Part shown: piece after piece, positions 54,201 to 64,000 of the stretch | Numbering within the stretch: the stretch's first letter is position 1 | Layout: the number at the start of each line of letters is the position of its first letter | From: Ginglymostoma cirratum | Taxonomy: Eukaryota | DNA: 64,000 nucleotides | Assembly (NCBI GenBank): GCA_024137785.1 | Contig: JAHRHZ010000003.1 | Location: forward strand, 9,574,897 to 9,638,896 | Reading direction: 5' to 3' | Position numbers and translations under genes: made by a program | Notes under the pieces: generated by a model | Told to the model about the DNA's origin: nothing | The model's database searches: none | What the model saw: the letters and a program-made list of their open reading frames with translations, nothing else

Positions 54201-57200
54201 TCAACTTTTATAGAAATATTTAGGGCAGGTTCTTGAAAATAGATCGTTGAAAGGCCTCTGTGGATGTGAGATTTGTTTAAAATGAGCCTTCCTTAAAATC
54301 ATGCCTGGACTCTGCAGGGGCAGTTTGAATGCTTTGGTGTCAAGAATTAGCTGGGGCACAAGAAGCCTGTGAGAAAGGGCTGCACAACTCCTTTCTTGCA
54401 TTTCCAATAATAACTGTCGTGCTGAGTTTAGATTGAAACATACTTCTTGCTGTGAGTAAAGCAACTTCTCCACAGTGTATTTGCTGAAGAAACTGTGTGC
54501 ACAAAGAATCCAGAGATTACTGTGTACGACTCATGTTTTGACTAAGTGTCAGAAATCAGGATGAAGGACTTGGGCAAGTTGGATGCCTTTATCCTTTTTG
54601 CCTGCCATGGCCGGAGTTTTCTTTTCAATTGTTAACCTCTGCAGAAATAAATCCTCCGTTTTCTCCTCTCCTGCAATGCGTGTGTGTTGTGTTTGGACTG
54701 ATAAATATTTGTACTTATTACCAATTGTTTGTGCAAAGAAATTCTTGGACTTTGATTACATTTAGTTTTGATAGTAAACCAACAACTGCCTTTTCAAAGA
54801 AGTCTGAGCAGTTGATCTTTTCTCTTAAAACCTGATTTTGATGAAGTATTTATTTGGCCTTTAAAGCAACCAGGAAAAGTCTTTTTTGATGTTATGTGCC
54901 CTGTGGAGGAATGGGACTAGTGCAACAGTGCACACCATGTTCATAGCACTTTATAGAATGGAATCCCAAAGACAGCAGGATATTTCTGCCCGTGTTTAAA
55001 ATAAAATGTGCATTTAGTGACTTAGTACAATGGATGCCTGACTTGCACGAAAAGCCAAAAATTAAAATGCATTCTTGAAACATGAGATACATTTAAAACG
55101 ATAGATTTTTTTTTTGTTGGACCCCTCTCTCTGGTAAATGCCCGCAGCAACCGGTCTTATTCCTGAATTTTACGACAATATTGTCTGAGTGCCTATGAAA
55201 CCTGTTGATCAGGAAGATGAAATCTAGACCTCTTACTTGTAGATAAGTGTACATTGTATCCCAATGATGAAGCTGCCTGAGTGAAAATTGAGCTAACCAC
55301 TACACAGTTTTTCACCACCACGGTGGCTCAGTGGTTAGCACTGCTGCCTCACAGCGCCAGGGGACCCGGGTTCGATTCCAGCCTCGGGCGCCTGTCTGTG
55401 TGGAGTTTGCACATTCTCCCCGTGTCTGCGTGGGTTTCCTCCGGGTGCTCGGGTTTCCTCCCACAGTCCAAAGATGTACAGGTTAGGTAGATTGGTCATG
55501 CTAAATTACCCGTAGTGTTCAGGGAGGTGTGGGTTGTTGGAGGGGTGGGTCTGGGTGGGATGCTCTGAGGTTCGGTGTGGACTTTTGGGCCGAAGGGCCT
55601 GTTTCCACACTGCAGGGATTCTATGAAAACCACTTCCAAACTGGCTGAGCTATTGGTTAAGGTACCACATGGAACCGATTTAGCTGTTAAGTTCCTTTGG
55701 CTGGATCAAGGGTGATCTACGTCACAAATATAAAACAAAACACAAATGGAGAATTGCTTTAAGTTAGACTATTCTGAAGCTTTATCAAGCTGGGTTTAAT
55801 ATATGTCCAGCTGAAGTAATCCGTAGATTGTGTTTGGTTGATACTGATGTAACATTTAATTAGTGTGAATCCATGTCATGAAATTACCTTAGTTTGTACC
55901 ATTTGGACGTTGAGTTTAAAAGAAATGGCAATACTTTGCATTGGGTTTTTCACTAATGGTTGGGTACACGTGGCTGTGTTCTTGCGTGAAGAATGTTGTT
56001 GACCTTGGTGTTGGCAAGTGGGAAAGTCGCTGTCTACAGTGTCATTGTCGTACAACTACAGGAATAACACGTTGCCTGTGCTGACTTGATTGGTTTATTT
56101 GCAGGAAATGTGATGAAAATTCTGACAGTTACAATGGAGCTGTGAGGGACAACTACACTTGGTCCCAGGATTACACTGACCTGGAAGTGAAGGTGCCAGT
56201 GTCCAAGGCAATTGTAAAAGGAAGACAGGTAAGATTCTATCTACTGCATGGCACGCAACTTATTCAAATGAGTGAGCCTCATTGTGTTCCAGGTTAGAGA
56301 TCATAATTTTGTCTTGAAAGAATGAAAGAGTGTCATGCTGAAGAATAAATTGGTCGTGACTTGAACCAGTACATCACAAAACTGTCCTGGTGAAGTCTCC
56401 GGTTGATTTCAGACCTTGGCTGCAGCAGCAGTTTGGTGCAGCTAACAGCTTTTGCTGTTGAATGCTATCCCACAGCATCTTTTGATAAGCATGTGTCAAA
56501 CTCGGACAGAAAAAAATATCAGTGATGATTGTCAGCCTTTGGTCTTAGACAAGAACAGGTTACTGGGTGGCGTACAGGTATCCCAGCGGAGGCAAAGAAG
56601 CTGTATTTAAGACAAGTTCATTGCTTTAGAAGGTGCAGGCAGAAAATTGTGATGGAGAAAGAAGACTGAAGGAGACTAGGTACCGAAATATAAAATCTAA
56701 CATTATGATCCTGTCTGATGTTACGACTGAACAAGTCAGATCCCAGACTGAAATCTGGCTTGATTGATTATTTCTGTTTTGTTTCTGTTCAGTGGGGTTT
56801 ATCCCATCACCGTATAGTCCTCAAACATTAGTGAGTATTTACTTCTCTGTCACATCAGTTTGACTTAACTGTTGACTTATATTCCCAGTCTTGAGAGATT
56901 GATAGCATCTTCTTTGATTTTTTACACAATGGAACTTGGATATTCTCAGCTTTGAATCGCCCCTCCGCCATTCTGTTCTGGGCCTTTTCAAGTCAAATCC
57001 TTCTCCTGACTTGACTTGTTTCCTAACTTGGCTGAATTAATTCAACTGTTTGCAACTTATTGCTTCAACCAGGATTTCTGCGAATTTCAACTAAAAAAGG
57101 TTTCCAAGATTTGGAATTTTTCCCTGTACATAAAAATTTGTATTTCTCATGTTTCTAAGCTGAAAGCAAGATAATGCTTCTAAAATGGAGCTCCACCTGC

Positions 57201-59507
57201 TTGTAAAACTCTCCCAATAAAAATAAATTCCCACTATCACTCCAGAAAGCCTTGGTCTCACACTTCATTAAAAAAGACCCCGTCAATTCTCGCACGTTCA
57301 TCATTAAACCCACATGAATAAGAGTGGGTTGGCATGCGATAAAGTAATTAAAAATGTCAGAACATGTAACACACATCCAGCAAGTCTGTGCACTGTTGCA
57401 ATCCATAACATCATAGAACATAAGAAATAGGGGCAAGAATATGTCATTCGGTCTTCACACCCGCCCTGCTATTCAACAAGATCACGGTTGACCATTGCCA
57501 GGCTTCAACTCTTCTTCCATCCCAGCTCAGTTTCACCATCAACTCCTTGATAGTTCACACATCTATCTATCTGTAAATACTATGTGATCAAGCCCGTACA
57601 AGTCAGTGAGTGAGAGAATTGATTGCCTTCTGGAATATCAATGAACTTTTTAATCTGGACTTGCAAAGGGCATTTATTGAAATCCCTTACACTTCATGTT
57701 CATTGAATTAAAGGCAAATTATTAATCTGGTTGGAAAATTGGCTGTGTGTCAGGAGACTGAGAGCAATGATAATAGACACATGCTTTGATTAGCAGGATA
57801 TGACTAATCATATCCCATGAGGATCTATTGGACCTCAACTACTTACTATATTTATTATCAACTTGAATTAGAAAGTGACACAATCAAATTTGCTGATGAC
57901 AGGAAGATAGGTAACATTGTCAGCAGGGTAGATGGAAGTATGATATTACGAAAAGATATTAATAGATTATTTGAACGGACAAAACAATGACAAACGGATT
58001 TCAGTGAAGGCAAGTGTGAGGACATTGATTTTTGGACTTGAAGAATAATTAGTGGAAATACGGCAACAGTGGAGGTCCAAACTGATGGGGGGGATTCTGG
58101 GAATGTGTGAAAGAGACCCTGGAGTTCAGGCTCATAGTTCCTTGAAAGTGGAGTTGCAGGTAGACAGCATAGTGAAGAAGGTGTTTGCTCTGCTTGCTTC
58201 TTTTGGAAAGTGCATTGAGTATAGAAGTTGGGTGTCATATTGTGGCTGTACAGGACGTTGGTTAGGCTACTTTTGGAGTACTGTGTTCGATCCTGTTCTC
58301 CCTGATGTGGGAACGATGTTATGAAACTTGAAAGGGCTCAGAAAAGATGTACAAGGATGTTGGAGGGTTAGAGCTGTAGGGAAAGGCTAATTAGGCTAGG
58401 GCCGTGTTTCCCCGGAGCGTCGGAGGCTGGCAGGTGATCTTATAGAGATTTATAAAATCAAGGATAAGGTGAATAGCCAAGGTCTTCCCCCCAGGGTATG
58501 AGCGTCCAAAACTAGAGGGCATTGGTTCAAGGTGAGAGGGGAAAGGTTTAAAAGCAACCTCGGGGCAACTTTTTCATGCAGAGGGTGGTGCGAGTGTGGA
58601 ATAAGCTGCCAGAGGAGGAGGTGGAGTACAGTTAACGCGTTTAAAAGGCATCTGGATGGGTGTATGAATAAGAAGGATTTAGAGGCATTTTGGCCAAATG
58701 CTGGCAAATGGGACCAGATTTATTTGGGATATCTGGTCAGCATGGCCGAGTTGGGACCCAAGGGTCTGTTTTCCATGCTGTCCAGCTGTATGACTCAACC
58801 TCTGTATTAATTCATTGTCCCCCAAAAGATGTACCTGGTGCATAGTGGCTCTTTAACAAGATATTTTAGTTAGGCTCACTGCCTGTGCGGTTTTCTCCAA
58901 ATCCCTGCAGTTTCATTCCTGATCACATTATCTAATTCTCTTGGAAGGTTGTTATTGAACTTGTTTCTACTCACCAAACAGGCAATACATTCCAAAGCAT
59001 AACACGTAATTACGTCCATTTCATGGCATTTTGTGCACTGGGGGCTGGAGACTAATCTTTACTTTCTAAAATTAGGCTTTTGTCTATTCTACTTGTCGGA
59101 GGAATTATTTCAGTTTGCTGCCTCAGTTTTATCCCCTCAGATTCAGCTTAGAAATCTAGTCATCGATTGAAAACCTGGCAGAAGCCAGTGATGATCAAAG
59201 CCCTGAATGCTGTGTACAGACTTGAAATCGCAGTGAAGTATTTCAAGACTATGAAAATCTTTTTGACTCACATAAAATGTAATTAGGAAGTAGAATTGAT
59301 GTGTACAAGTGATGCTGTTTAGAAAATGAGAAAGGCTGTAATTGCATTTGTCTTTACACACAGGTTTCTGTTGACATACAAAGCAACAGTCTGCGTGTAG
59401 CTGTATTGGAAGGAGGTTGTGAGCGAGTCATTGTGGATGGAAAGCTGACACATAAGATTAATACAGAAAACTCTATGTGGAGTTTAGAACCTGGACGCTG
59501 CATCTTG
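41926..59507 (+). CDS. NUDCD3: NudC domain-containing protein 3, first four coding exons join(41926..42123,47690..48009,56105..56228,59364..59507); 3' partial
   Basis: YDQALLGILQHVG..FFGFLYRKTDF..GFPPG N-terminal domain; SYNGAVRDNYTWSQDYTDLEVKVPV and GKLTHKINTENSMWSLEPG CS/p23 domain; GT-AG phases are consistent; the remaining exons were not found in the window. Confidence 0.95.
42969..43266 (+). mobile_element. HE1 SINE with internal deletion
   Basis: GGTGGCTCAGTGGTTAGCAC..CTCACAGTGCCAGGGACCC; tail GGGCTGAATGGCCTGTTT..GGATTCTA. Confidence 0.85.
43690..43910. mobile_element. Old family C-like inverted terminal-repeat dimer (a similar one lies at ~46700-46860)
   Basis: GGATGTTGGAAATCTGAAAT..TTGCTG..GAGCAG.TCTGGCA mirrored by TGCTGCCAGACCTACTGAGTTT..AATTTCTGTTTTTATTT. 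Confidence 0.5.
44300..45280 (+). mobile_element. Penelope-like retroelement RT fragment followed by an inverted family C terminal repeat (45183-45278)
   Basis: TMDMQSLYMFIP (44541-44576), ILTSNN..NSCHFFQIKSMTVGTRLGPSYACLFVGYLE and YIADII (decayed YIDD) are PLE RT motifs; frameshifted. Confidence 0.8.
47115..47480 (-). mobile_element. CR1/HER1 3' fragment
   Basis: Reverse complement of the HER1 tail (TCATGTACCTGTCCAAATGTCTTTTAAATGTT). Confidence 0.7.
47690..48009 (+). CDS. NUDCD3: NUDCD3 exon 2 (AFKKFEHYSIQDNERRLKELEQK... acidic low-complexity linker)
   Basis: ttttcaag acceptor; AA|GTATGT phase-2 donor matches the phase of exon 3. Confidence 0.88.
49060..51900 (+). mobile_element. CR1 LINE with nearly complete decayed ORF2 (APE + RT)
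   Basis: LRVLYLTAHSIRNKVNEL..YDVVGITEMWL (APE), PWLTREVRDTIKAKEKAY, FTLYINNLD..KFEDST; many frameshifts. Confidence 0.88.
53383..53510 (+). mobile_element. Degenerate family B short element
   Basis: GAAAGCTTGTGATTTCAAATA..CCTG..TATAACCTG..GTGACTTCT..AGTCCAACACCGGCAC matches 62137-62320. Confidence 0.7.
55319..55625 (+). mobile_element. HE1 (V-SINE) tRNA-derived SINE, well preserved
   Basis: A box TGGCTCAGTGG (55324-55334), B box GGTTCGATTCC (55369-55379), V-domain GTGGAGTTTGCACATTCTCCCCGTGTCTGCGTGGGTTTCCTCCGGGTGCTC, HER1-like 3' tail. Confidence 0.92.
56105..56228 (+). CDS. NUDCD3: NUDCD3 exon 3 (KCDENSDSYNGAVRDNYTWSQDYTDLEVKVPVSKAIVKGRQ)
   Basis: tttgcag acceptor, CAG|GTAAGA donor. Confidence 0.94.
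57650..58805 (+). mobile_element. CR1/HER1 LINE fragments (an old RT piece then a HER1 3' end from ~58090)
   Basis: KFADDRK at ~57887; RGERFKSNL..AFKRHLDG.MN; HER1 tail. Confidence 0.78.
59364..59507 (+). CDS. NUDCD3: NUDCD3 exon 4 (VSVDIQSNSLRVAVLEGG...WSLEPGRCIL)
   Basis: acacag acceptor, TTG|GTAAGA donor; CS domain. Confidence 0.94.
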
Positions 59508-59939
59508 GTAAGACTGCCAGCACTTTCCGCACAACATTGGAGATAAACATAGGCAGTTCGGCTGAAGAGATTGATACAGGTGTGAATGTTTTATTCGAAT
59601 TGTCTCCCACCAATCTTCATATCACCTCGTCAGTGTACCCATTTCTTTTCTACTTCATGGATTTATTTAGCTCCCATTAAATGCAACAATTAAGGAATCC
59701 AAAATGGGCAGTAATGAGCTTGTGAAATGAATACACTGTGAGTCACCAAACAAGCCAAATGACGAATGGCAGAGGTGGCTTTACATTCAGGATTTTGTAC
59801 TTCAATTTTTTTCTTGTCTTGAGATAACTATCAGTGGTAGAGTTCCACATCTGCCATCTTCCAATGTCTTGCCAAAGTGAGTACTTTGAAGTTGAAAGCC
59901 CAAGTGCTGAGCACCAGTCTGACTTAAGAATGCAGAGTG

Positions 59940-60230
59940 ATCTTTAAGGTACTTGGGTGGAATATGAGGTGTTGTTCCTCAAACACCCACCACTCTGTCT
60001 GTAAAAATGACCCCGAGCTTCAGACTGCCTGCCATCTCGGCACACTACTGTGTTCCCATGCCAACATTTCTGTCTCGGGCTTGCTGAAGTTATACGGTGA
60101 AGCTCAATGCAAGCTGTAGGAACAACATCTCATGTTCTGCCCAGGTTTCTTTAGAGCCCCCAGGACTCAACATGGAGTTAAACAATTTGAGTGTGAAAAC
60201 CTACCTCAATGTTCTTTACCCAACCCCACA
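59940..60230 (+). mobile_element. PLE GIY-YIG endonuclease C-terminal fragment
   Basis: ACHLGTLLCSHANISVSGLLKLYGEAQCKL*EQHL...PPGLNMELNN resembles the PLE ORF C-terminus (..RKLEEQHLIFRLGTLQP.GLNIEF). Confidence 0.65.
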
Positions 60231-62033
60231 CCCCAGGTCCTGCATGGGTTATTCCCAACACTGCCGACACATTTTTAAACACCTAAATTTCCTGTTAGTA
60301 CCTGTTCAGTATTTTCCTCTGTCCCAGCTTTCTGACAGTCTCCATCTCTAAGACTCACTTCTCCACTGCTGCACCACCACCTCCACCACTGAAAGTGTTA
60401 TCTGGATCCATAACCTTAGCTGTCTCCAATAATGTGAGCCAGTTTGTGTTTCTACCGGGAATGAATTGCTTTCACTGAAGACTGACAAGTCTGATGGAGA
60501 CTTTGTGAGGAGGCTTAAGTGGATCATTGATTCAGTAACATTTGGGACTCAAAATGATTGTGAACATGTTAGGCTTGTACCTTGTACTGATTTGCTGATG
60601 TTGGCCATCACTGAGGATGTAGTGATGTGAAGCCTCTTCATTTTAGTTTTGTTGCCCACTCCCATGAACAGCTAGATTTGCTAGTACTGCACATTTTTGG
60701 ATTGCTCAGCTTTGGCATGCTACTTCTACTTGGTAGAATGCATGTGGTCCTGCCTCATATCCTCAGGTTCACATCTCACCCCGGTGCTGCTCCTGACATT
60801 ATTTTGTGAACTTCTGGATTGAACTAGTTTTGTCCCAGCGCTTTGTTGGTACTTGTTGTCTGAGGGTTGAGCTCGGCCACTATAAGATGGTATTTGGATG
60901 CATTTCTGTTTTTTATGGCCTGCTGTGCGTCAGGGATGCCCAGCTGTGAGCTGTAGGTATGTTCCAACTGTATTCAATGAGCACTGTGACAGTGCACACC
61001 ACAATATTTTAATTCATTCTTGTGATGTGGGTGTGATTCAGGATTCGGGCAAGTGATGTATTTAAATTAATGGGATGTGGGCATCATTGGCTTGGCCAAT
61101 ATTTATTGCACATCGCTCATTTCCCAGAGGGCAGTTAAGAGTCAGCCACAGTGTTGAGTGTGTGGAGTTGCATGTCAGATTGACCAGGTAAGGGTGGTAG
61201 ATTTTGTTCCCTTTAGCACCTTTCATGAACAAGATGGATTTTTATAATAATCAACAACAGTTAAGCTAGCTCTGTTTTTCAGATTTTTTAAAATTAAATT
61301 CCCAGAAACTGCCGTAACTCTTTTTAAACCTATGCCCCCTGATGTTAACTTGGAGCTGTTGATGACTAGTCCACTAACATAGCCTCCAGGCAGTGGTGCA
61401 GAAGTAGATTTCAGTCCTGGCCTTGAGGAGCAATCTGCACCTGTGACAGACAGAATTTCTGTGGAGAGTCAAGTAGGTTTTTGTGTCTTGCTAGTGTTCT
61501 CATCACTTGCCACAAGCCCATTTAGTTAGCTTTGACCTTGGGGCTTGGCAAGATTTGTCAGTAATGGTCCTCCTGAGCCATTGTTGGTGATGAGCAATAA
61601 TGTACCTCACCCAGAGTATGCTGTGTGCCTTGACAGCCTCACTACTACTCCCCAGTGGTATTGAACACGGAAGAGTTTTATGTCATCATCTCAAGGTGCA
61701 GCATTATTTAGGGATCAATACTGAGTTTCTGTTTCTGAGTTGGTCCTAATGCCATGACATTTCATGGGACTTGGCTTCAAAGTTGAGGATTTGAGGGCGA
61801 CTCCATCTTGACTGTATTTCACTACGCCGCTGCTGTTGGTTCATCTGTCCTAATTCTGGAACAGGGCAAGTTGGAAGAGCCTAGGATGTTTCAAATTGGA
61901 TATTGAAGGTAAATTTTGCTGTGTATGACCATGATGGGCTGTTGTTTGAATAATCTGTGATTCAGTCGTCATCTAAGCTTCGCCACATATCCTAATATGC
62001 ATTTTGATCTCTCTTTGCCTTGTCACAATTAAA

Positions 62034-62322
62034 GCTGGTCAGAAGTCACATGACAACAGGTTTATTCGAAATCACAAGCTTTCGGAATGCTGCTCCATCA
62101 TCAGGTGGAGTCTATCTGACGAAGGAGCAGCGTTGCGAAAGCTTGTGACTTCAAACAAACCTGTTGGATTGGGTTTAGGCCCGAAACGTCAAGTTTTCCT
62201 GCTCCTATGATGCTGCTTGACCTGCTGTGTTCATCCAGCCCCATGCTTGTTATCTCGGATTATAAACTGGTGTCATGTGACTTCTGACCTTGTTCACCCC
62301 AGTCCTATACCAGCACTTCTAC
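62034..62322. mobile_element. Family B PLE-terminal-repeat inverted dimer with a nested family A insertion (62171-62261); outer TSD GTCACAATTAAA (62022-62033 / 62323-62334)
   Basis: Exact 12-bp outer direct repeat; inner GGATT duplication/microhomology; internal inverted symmetry. Confidence 0.8.
62071..62110 (-). ncRNA. Minimal hammerhead ribozyme core (family B)
   Basis: Minus strand reads CAC-CUGAUGA-U-GGAG CAGCA UUCC-GAAA-GCUU-GUG: stem I CAC/GUG, palindromic AGCU stem III. An inverted partner on + at 62116-62145 (CUGACGA..GAAAGCUU) has a damaged stem II. Confidence 0.62.
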
Positions 62323-62401
62323 GTCACAATTAAACCTTGGCATTCTATATTTCTTTTAGTGTAAATCTTTTTATTTTGCATCTCAATTTGTAAATTTTCA
62401 C

Positions 62402-62920
62402 TGTGCAGGAGCATTTTTCCCGACCAGGGACAAAGACTGAGGAGGCAGGCAGGATTCAGGCAAGTGAAAGACGTTTATTCAAGCAGGAGCCCATTTATGT
62501 AGGGAGAGAGCCAAAGGATCTTCCCCAAATCTGGCTTCGGAGGATAGATCAATGACACACCCTTTGCTTTTCGAAAGGAATACAGCATTCGTATACATTT
62601 TTGTTTCTGAATAATCAAACACCATGTATTCATTGTTGTTTCCCCTTAGTCCAAACACCCAATCCTGTAGGACACCTAATCAATGATGGGCACTTCTGTG
62701 GACAGCCCCAGGTGTTCATGATATTAGCTAGACATTGTAATTGCTAGGCTTTGGGATCTTTCCATGCATCCTATTCATTTGCATTCCATTTGTTTAATGG
62801 CCGTACTCTGGATCTTTCTCAGGCTGCTTTATCAGTAGGGACAAGTTGAATTCCATTATCCATTGTATTTTGGTGCTGTCTTTTATCACATTCAGTTCCT
62901 CTCATTTTCCCCCTGTACCA
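62402..62920 (-). mobile_element. Possible LTR-like element
   Basis: Starts TGTGCAGG and ends CCCCTGTACCA (imperfect terminal inverted repeat); TTTATT near the left end; no clean TSD found. Confidence 0.3.
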
Positions 62921-64000
62921 ATTGCCAGATGTAAAAATAAAAAGTCAGTTCGTTTTAACCTTATAGCAATTAGTTAATTTATGCTAGAAAGTTAATTAAA
63001 AGTGTAATGTTAAACATCTACTTCTTTTCGGATATTCTAATTTATGTGTTGTGAGCAATCTATCTTGTTCAGGGCATAAGACAAGGCGTCGCCTAAAGCT
63101 AGTTAACCTTCGCATCTAAGCTTCAATTTTTATTTTAATACTTGTATTATATTCTGGTCAGGTATTGAAACCAACTTCTGTGATTAAAGCACGTTTAACG
63201 AAAAACTATTTAATATTGCAGGTAACTTTAAAGAAGCATTACAAAATAATTTTAGCTCTCGACCTTGCAGCTGCTTAGGGACTTAAACTAGCATCTGATG
63301 TTATTCATTTATTGGGACAATCATCCTTTTATTAATGAGGCTTGAATTGGTCATTTATCTGTCCTAAGGCATCTTTTTATTAGAACTGTCTCGATGGGAA
63401 CATATAGCATTCTTTTACTGACTTTGTGGCAATTGTGTTTAAAGATACCATTGTATTTCACTGTGTGAGCAGGCTGCTTAGTTTTGCTTGGCTTCTGTCT
63501 TCCATCTTGTAAGCAGGCATGGGCTGCTTAGTGTATTCAGGTGCAGGTCACCTTACCTAACCAGGTACAGGTCACTCCAACACAGTGTGTCTGGAGTTTT
63601 TTCATATTTTGAGCCTTTCTTGTCTCCCAAAAACATTGACACAAACTTTGTTGCACAACTTGCAAAAATGCACTTTGCTTGTGCAATATTGATCCAATGA
63701 TGTCTAAAGGCATGCATCTTTCTGGCAGCCTCAATATTACCATATGTTTTGAGTTTTTTTTACTTAATATGCACAATGACTGTTGGGACGCAAGTGAAAA
63801 CTTGCTACTATGTCAACAGAATTGTTTGAAAAGAACTTGGATGAAGCTATCGTGTGGGTCTCTTTCCAGTTGAGACCTTGGTCTAAATAGGTCTCATTAT
63901 CTTTTTATCCTCATGCGTATGATCCTTTTTTGATTTGACACAGTTCCAATTACAGAAGAAAACTGAATTGTTTCACAAATAGATTTAAGATTTAGGATTA

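Noticed and set aside
55263-55282. C/D box snoRNA (ATGATGA...CTGA) in a NUDCD3 intron
   Set aside because: Boxes are only a few nucleotides apart, with no terminal stem or guide region.
55319-55385. tRNA gene
   Set aside because: The A/B boxes belong to the tRNA-derived head of an HE1 SINE, followed by the V-domain and LINE tail; no cloverleaf or T-run terminator.
59508-64000. NUDCD3 exon 5 (expected ..L.K..E.WW..IL.GE..ID)
   Set aside because: No matching frame with splice sites was recognised; it presumably lies beyond the window.

Overview
This is eukaryotic, intron-rich genomic DNA from a cartilaginous fish, most likely a shark. That call rests on HE1/V-SINEs, HER1/CR1 LINEs and SacSINE1/DeuSINE-like remnants; the species cannot be determined. 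Two + strand genes were assembled by hand from GT-AG boundaries with consistent reading phases. (1) A complete 11-coding-exon X-family DNA polymerase, 6242-33248, 1578 nt CDS / 525 aa, best called POLM (Pol mu) but carrying many TdT-like residues. (2) The first four coding exons of NUDCD3 (41926-59507, continuing beyond the window). Most of the remainder is decayed retroelements: CR1/HER1 LINEs, a second CR1/L2-type LINE, a near full-length Rex1/Babar LINE nested in it, HE1 and Deu-type SINEs, a solo LTR and Penelope-like element (PLE) fragments. Notable signals: (a) at least three families of short (90-300 bp) PLE-terminal-repeat-derived elements with minimal hammerhead ribozyme cores, often as inverted dimers with 8-15 bp target-site duplications; (b) a Pol mu with the TdT-type Lys at the Arg387 'brake' position and a ~31 aa His/Cys-containing Loop-2 insertion; (c) a SINE tail that appears to supply the polypyrimidine tract of the last POLM exon; (d) several short locally templated insertions. 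Comparisons to human proteins and repeat consensuses are from memory, not from database searches.
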